From contig CAWCBP010000004.1 of NCBI GenBank assembly GCA_963793865.1, positions 322,127 to 386,126 of the forward strand: 64,000 nt of DNA. Direction: 5' to 3'. The DNA is from an uncultured delta proteobacterium (lineage in GTDB: Bacteria; Desulfobacterota; WTBG01). A program made the translations under genes and the position numbers. Below, piece after piece: positions 59,982 through 64,000 of the stretch. Numbering within the stretch: position 1 is the stretch's first letter; every line of letters begins with the position of its first letter. The notes beneath the pieces were generated by a model, which was not told the DNA's origin, made no database searches, and saw only the letters and a program-made list of their open reading frames with translations.

Positions 59982-61322
59982 TTACTTATCCTGATTCTTC
60001 TCCTTTTTAATCTTTTCTCCACCGTCAGCCATGGTAAAGCCGAGCTGCGGCTGGAAAATAACACCTTCGGCAGTGACTTTAGCGGTCTTGGGCTGCAGGG
60101 TCATGGTAAGGACAGCTCCTACACAGAGCATGATCCCGGCAATAATGAAAGAAGAGGTGTAGCTGCCGGTTGTTGCCATGAGCATCTGCGACATTCTGCT
60201 CATGACGAAGCCGCCGACGCCCCACGCCGTAAAAAGAATGCCATAATTAATCCCAAAGGATTTGAGCCCCCAGCGATCCTTGGCATAGGACGGGAACAGG
60301 GACAGGTTTGCGCCGTAATTAAATCCTATGAAGGTTGCCAGCAGCACCACCATGATTGCACTTGCTTCCTGGGCGTTCACCGTTGGAATTGCCGCCATCA
60401 TTAATACTGCCTGGAACAGCAGGACACCGGCAAGCGTGACATTGCGCCCGACCTTGTCAGACACAATACCGGCCATGATACGCCCGGCGGCATTGCCCAC
60501 CGCCATTATGGCCACTGCCACAAATGCCGCTTCTCCCATGCTCTTCTTTGCCATTCCGGCCATACTGCCAATAACCATCAGACCGGTTCCGGCACCAATG
60601 AAATAAATACACCACATCATCCAGAAGGCGGGGGTTCTCATCATCTCGGAGGGTGAGCAATCATTTTGTGCCGATGTTTTACCTTTTTTACCGGCGGCAG
60701 AACCGGCGGCGCTTGGAACATATCCGGCCGGCGGATTCACCAGAAGTGTTGACAGGCTGCACACGACGATGAGGAATGATATGCCGAAAATCATCATGGA
60801 AGTGTGAATGCCAAACGTTTTTAAGAAATATTCTGATAGAGGAGCAATATACACCGATGCAAGGCCAAAACCGGCCACCACTAAGCCGGCAATCAAACCG
60901 GTCTTAGCGGGAGGGAACCATTTGAGTGCCGGCGGGGTTGCGGCAGAATAACCAAAGCCGATTCCTGCCCCGGCAAGAACCCCAAAACCAATAACCCAGC
61001 TGTAATAATTGGATGTCTGGGAAACCAGAAGCAACCCCAGACCAACCAGAATGCCCCCTAAAAATGCGGTTACGCGCGGGCCGAATTTATCCTGGCATTT
61101 TCCGGCAAGAATCATCGAAAAAGCGAAAACCAGGCAGCATACGGAGTACGGATCATTCAGTTTTGCAGCATCCCAGTTAAAAGACCCGTCACCTCCCGCC
61201 TTAACAGATTTTTCTATAGCGCCCTTAAAAATACTCCACGTATACAGTATTCCCAGAGCAAGATTTATTCCGGTTCCTGCAAAAGTAACCAGCCATCCTT
61301 TGTTTTTAACCACTTCCGACAT
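59982..61322 (-). CDS. OFA-family MFS transporter (oxalate/formate/monocarboxylate)
   Basis: LG.LYTWS.F, QDKFGPR, KWFP...GL..G, GNAAGR...G.VSDK.GR, G.NYG; RBS before MSEVVK. Confidence 0.9.
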   Translation of the reverse strand: MSEVVKNKGWLVTFAGTGINLALGILYTWSIFKGAIEKSVKAGGDGSFNWDAAKLNDPYSVCCLVFAFSMILAGKCQDKFGPRVTAFLGGILVGLGLLLVSQTSNYYSWVIGFGVLAGAGIGFGYSAATPPALKWFPPAKTGLIAGLVVAGFGLASVYIAPLSEYFLKTFGIHTSMMIFGISFLIVVCSLSTLLVNPPAGYVPSAAGSAAGKKGKTSAQNDCSPSEMMRTPAFWMMWCIYFIGAGTGLMVIGSMAGMAKKSMGEAAFVAVAIMAVGNAAGRIMAGIVSDKVGRNVTLAGVLLFQAVLMMAAIPTVNAQEASAIMVVLLATFIGFNYGANLSLFPSYAKDRWGLKSFGINYGILFTAWGVGGFVMSRMSQMLMATTGSYTSSFIIAGIMLCVGAVLTMTLQPKTAKVTAEGVIFQPQLGFTMADGGEKIKKEKNQDK

Positions 61323-61679
61323 AATTATATCCTCCTTTTTGTCTGTTGATTCTGCTTCTGCCGGCAAATAGATACACCTCAGACCTTGGCAATTTGGCAT
61401 TTTAACAACAATATTTATGCCAAAAAACCTTCTTCATGGATTAAAATTTAAATTGCATGATAATTCAATGTGATGTGGATTAAATTTTTACTACATAATG
61501 CCGGTGAAGCCCCACAATTGTAAATGAATTGCTGTTTAAAATATTTACATATTTTGTGGTCGATAAAGCTTTTACCGTTTAACAGTTATAAATACAACAA
61601 CTTGTTTTTCTATGAATATGTTAAAAAGATAAACAGTCAACTGTTAACTTATTAACCATTTTCCTAGATTTTTTTAAGC

Positions 61680-61708
61680 TTGACAATTATTTATTAATAC
61701 AATATAAA
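61680..61708 (+). promoter_or_regulatory. Sigma70-type promoter for DUF485-actP
   Basis: TTGACA-17 nt-TATAAA in an AT-rich intergenic region. Confidence 0.6.
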
Positions 61709-61765
61709 TTTCAGATTTTTAAATTTCCAATGTTACAACTAATACAACAACAAGGAGCATGATTT

Positions 61766-62035
61766 ATGGCACACGGACCGTCAACAAAGTGGGGAGAGGA
61801 CAAGGCATCGGGGTACAAGGCAAAACTCGGAGTGTATTTATTTATTTTTTATACCCTGGTGTACGCCGGCTTTATTGTTATTAATGTGGTCAACCCCAAA
61901 TTAATGGGGGTAATCGTTTTTGCAGGTCTTAATCTGGCCTGCGTGTACGGGTTTGGCCTGATTATTTTGGCTATTATCATGGGCCTTATTTACAACTACC
62001 TGTGCTCCCAACAAGAATATAAAGTGAACAAGTAA
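61766..62035 (+). CDS. DUF485 (YjcH-like) small membrane protein
   Basis: Two TM helices, Y.GFI and G.GLI motifs; directly upstream of the SSS permease. Confidence 0.85.
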   Translation: MAHGPSTKWGEDKASGYKAKLGVYLFIFYTLVYAGFIVINVVNPKLMGVIVFAGLNLACVYGFGLIILAIIMGLIYNYLCSQQEYKVNK

Positions 62036-62050
62036 TCCGGAGGAAATAAC

Positions 62051-63945
62051 ATGATTTACGAAGCATCACCATTTGCTATAGGACTTTTTATTGCCTTTGT
62101 GCTTGCGGTGCTGGCAATCTCGTCATATTTCGCCAAGAAAACTCAATCATCAAAGGGCTATTATGCAGCCGGCGGTACTATTCACTGGGGAGTGAACGGG
62201 ATAGCGTTTGCCGGGGACTATCTTTCAGCCGCCTCCTTTCTGGGCATCTGCGGGATGATCGCATTTGACGGGTATGACGGTTTTCTGTATTCGATTGGCT
62301 ATCTCGCCGGATGGGTTGTCGCACTGTTTGTGGTTGCTGAACCGCTGAAGCGCTTCGGGAAATATACCTTCACTGATGCCCTTGATTACAAATTCGGTTC
62401 AAAGGGAATCCAGTTAACGGCTGCAATCAGCACCCTGATAGTTTCTCTCTGCTATCTGGTCCCGCAGATGGTGGGCGCCGGAGACCTGGTGACACCTTTG
62501 TTAGGCCTCCCTCACTATGCGGGCGTAGTGATGGTGGGCGCGATAGTTATTTTCATTGTTGCAACCGCGGGAATGACTTCAACCACCTATGTTCAATTTA
62601 TCAAGGGCGGTCTTTTGATAGTTTTTTCCACCGTTCTGACAATCTCCGTATTGATAAACGGCTTTTCTCTGAAGCCCTCAGAAAATTACCACGTGTTTAA
62701 AACCATACCCGCTACAGCAGCCGAAGGAACGGTAACTGCCATTGCAGACCCGTCTTATAAGATCGCGGGCACCTTTAAGGACGTAAAAGGCCATTACCTC
62801 AAGCTTGAAAACGGAGGGGTGAACACCTGGTGGCAGGTGAGTGAAAACGATGGCCAGACCGTATTAAAGGAAACCCTTTCCATGACCAAGACAGCGGATG
62901 GGTCCGTGCTGTACAACGGAGAACCAAAAGCTGCCAGAAAATTTTTTCAGGTTGGCCATGCCAGCAAAATAATCGTGGACGGCAAAGAAGTTGAAAAGAC
63001 GGGCAGCGTTGGGCCGTTTGCATTTCTTGCAAATGTGGAAAAGAGTGAGGTTGTGCGCTTCGCCAAGGCAGCATTTGCTGATGGCAAGGATAAGGTAACC
63101 GTCTGGCGTCAAAATCCAACTTCAGGGAAAGAAATCATGCGCCCGGGCTTGAAATTCAAGGTGGACAAGGGATCAGATTTTCTTTCAAAGCTGAATTTTG
63201 TTTCACTGATGATAGCATTGTTTTTTGGAACATCTGCGCTTCCCCATATTTTGATCAGATATTATACAGTTCCCAGCCCCAAGGATGCGCGCAAATCAAC
63301 AATTGTTGCCATCGGCTCGATCGGCTTTTTCTACATCCTTACCCTCTTTATGGGATTGGGGGCAATGTTGTACGGCGTCCTTGATCTTGAAAGCAGCAAC
63401 ATGTCAGCTCCCCTGCTGGCGAAATACTTTGGTGTCACCCTGTTTTCAGTAATTTCAGCCATCGCTTTTGCTACCGTGCTGGGAACGGTGAGCGGTCTCA
63501 TTGTTGCCGCCTCCGGAGCTGTCGCCCATGACTTGATGTCCAACTATATGGGTATTAAAATGACGGACAAGGGGCAGGTAAAGGCCGGTAAATATCTGCC
63601 ATTGCGTTGGCTGCGTTGCCATTTTCCTGGGAATATTGTGCAAGGGAATGAATGTGTTCTTCCTAGTAGGGCTTGCGTTTGCCGTTGCCGCATCAGCCAA
63701 TCTGCCGGCAATCATTATGATGATGTTCTGGAAAAAAACAACCTCAAAGGGGATCGCAGCTTCTATCGTTGTCGGTATCGTTTCCGCCCTGGGCATCATT
63801 TTGCTTCAGCGAGACCTATTCGAATATATGGGCTCCGGCGGCGCAAACACCAATTCCACTGGACAATCCGGCTATTATCTCGATGCCGTTAAGCCTCATC
63901 ACGCTTGTAGTGGTTTCGCTCCTCACCCAAAAAAGAACCGCGTAA
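62051..63945 (+). CDS. actP: Cation/acetate symporter ActP (SSS family) with large soluble insert; 3' frameshifts
   Basis: NGIAFAGDYLSAASFLG, YLVPQMVGAG, GTSALPHILIRYYTVP, AFATVLGTVSGL. It continues in other frames (LAFAVAASANLP..., ...VVSLLTQKRTA*). Confidence 0.85.
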
Positions 63946-64000
63946 TGCAAACATTCTTGCCGGCGTCCTGTTTATAATTGGCCCCGCTGACTGCTGCGGT

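Noticed and set aside
63590..63945. actP as a truncated pseudogene
   Set aside because: The missing C-terminal motifs continue in other frames; indels near the window end look like consensus errors.

Overview
64 kb from a GC-rich anaerobe, Desulfobacterota-like by gene content. From left to right it holds nuoABCD running directly into a DRTGG / Ser-Thr kinase / [FeFe]-hydrogenase-like module, divergent nfnAB, lipoproteins, a soluble PAS phosphorelay, tRNA-Pro, flavoproteins and rnr. Next is a ~20 kb minus-strand Wood-Ljungdahl cluster (fhs-acsV-cooC-folD-acsD-acsB-acsC-acsE, no CODH gene), and then an acetate block (AcuC-like deacetylase, two Ndk-like genes, pycB/oadA, acs, sensors, MFS, DUF485-actP). 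Two candidate new systems stand out. (1) metV-metF sit inside an Hmc/Tmc-type membrane redox complex (cytochrome b, truncated Fe-S subunit, 16-heme cytochrome, Tat Fe-S protein, NrfD), which suggests a cytochrome/quinone-coupled methylene-THF reductase. (2) A membrane Cache-PAS-PAS-CBS-DUF294 nucleotidyltransferase receptor is translationally coupled to a metallophosphoesterase and shares a duplicated Cache sensor with the neighbouring histidine kinase, which suggests twin-output carboxylate signalling. Frameshifts in nuoC, hmcABC and the actP 3' end are probably consensus errors. All product calls come from motif recognition, not database searches.
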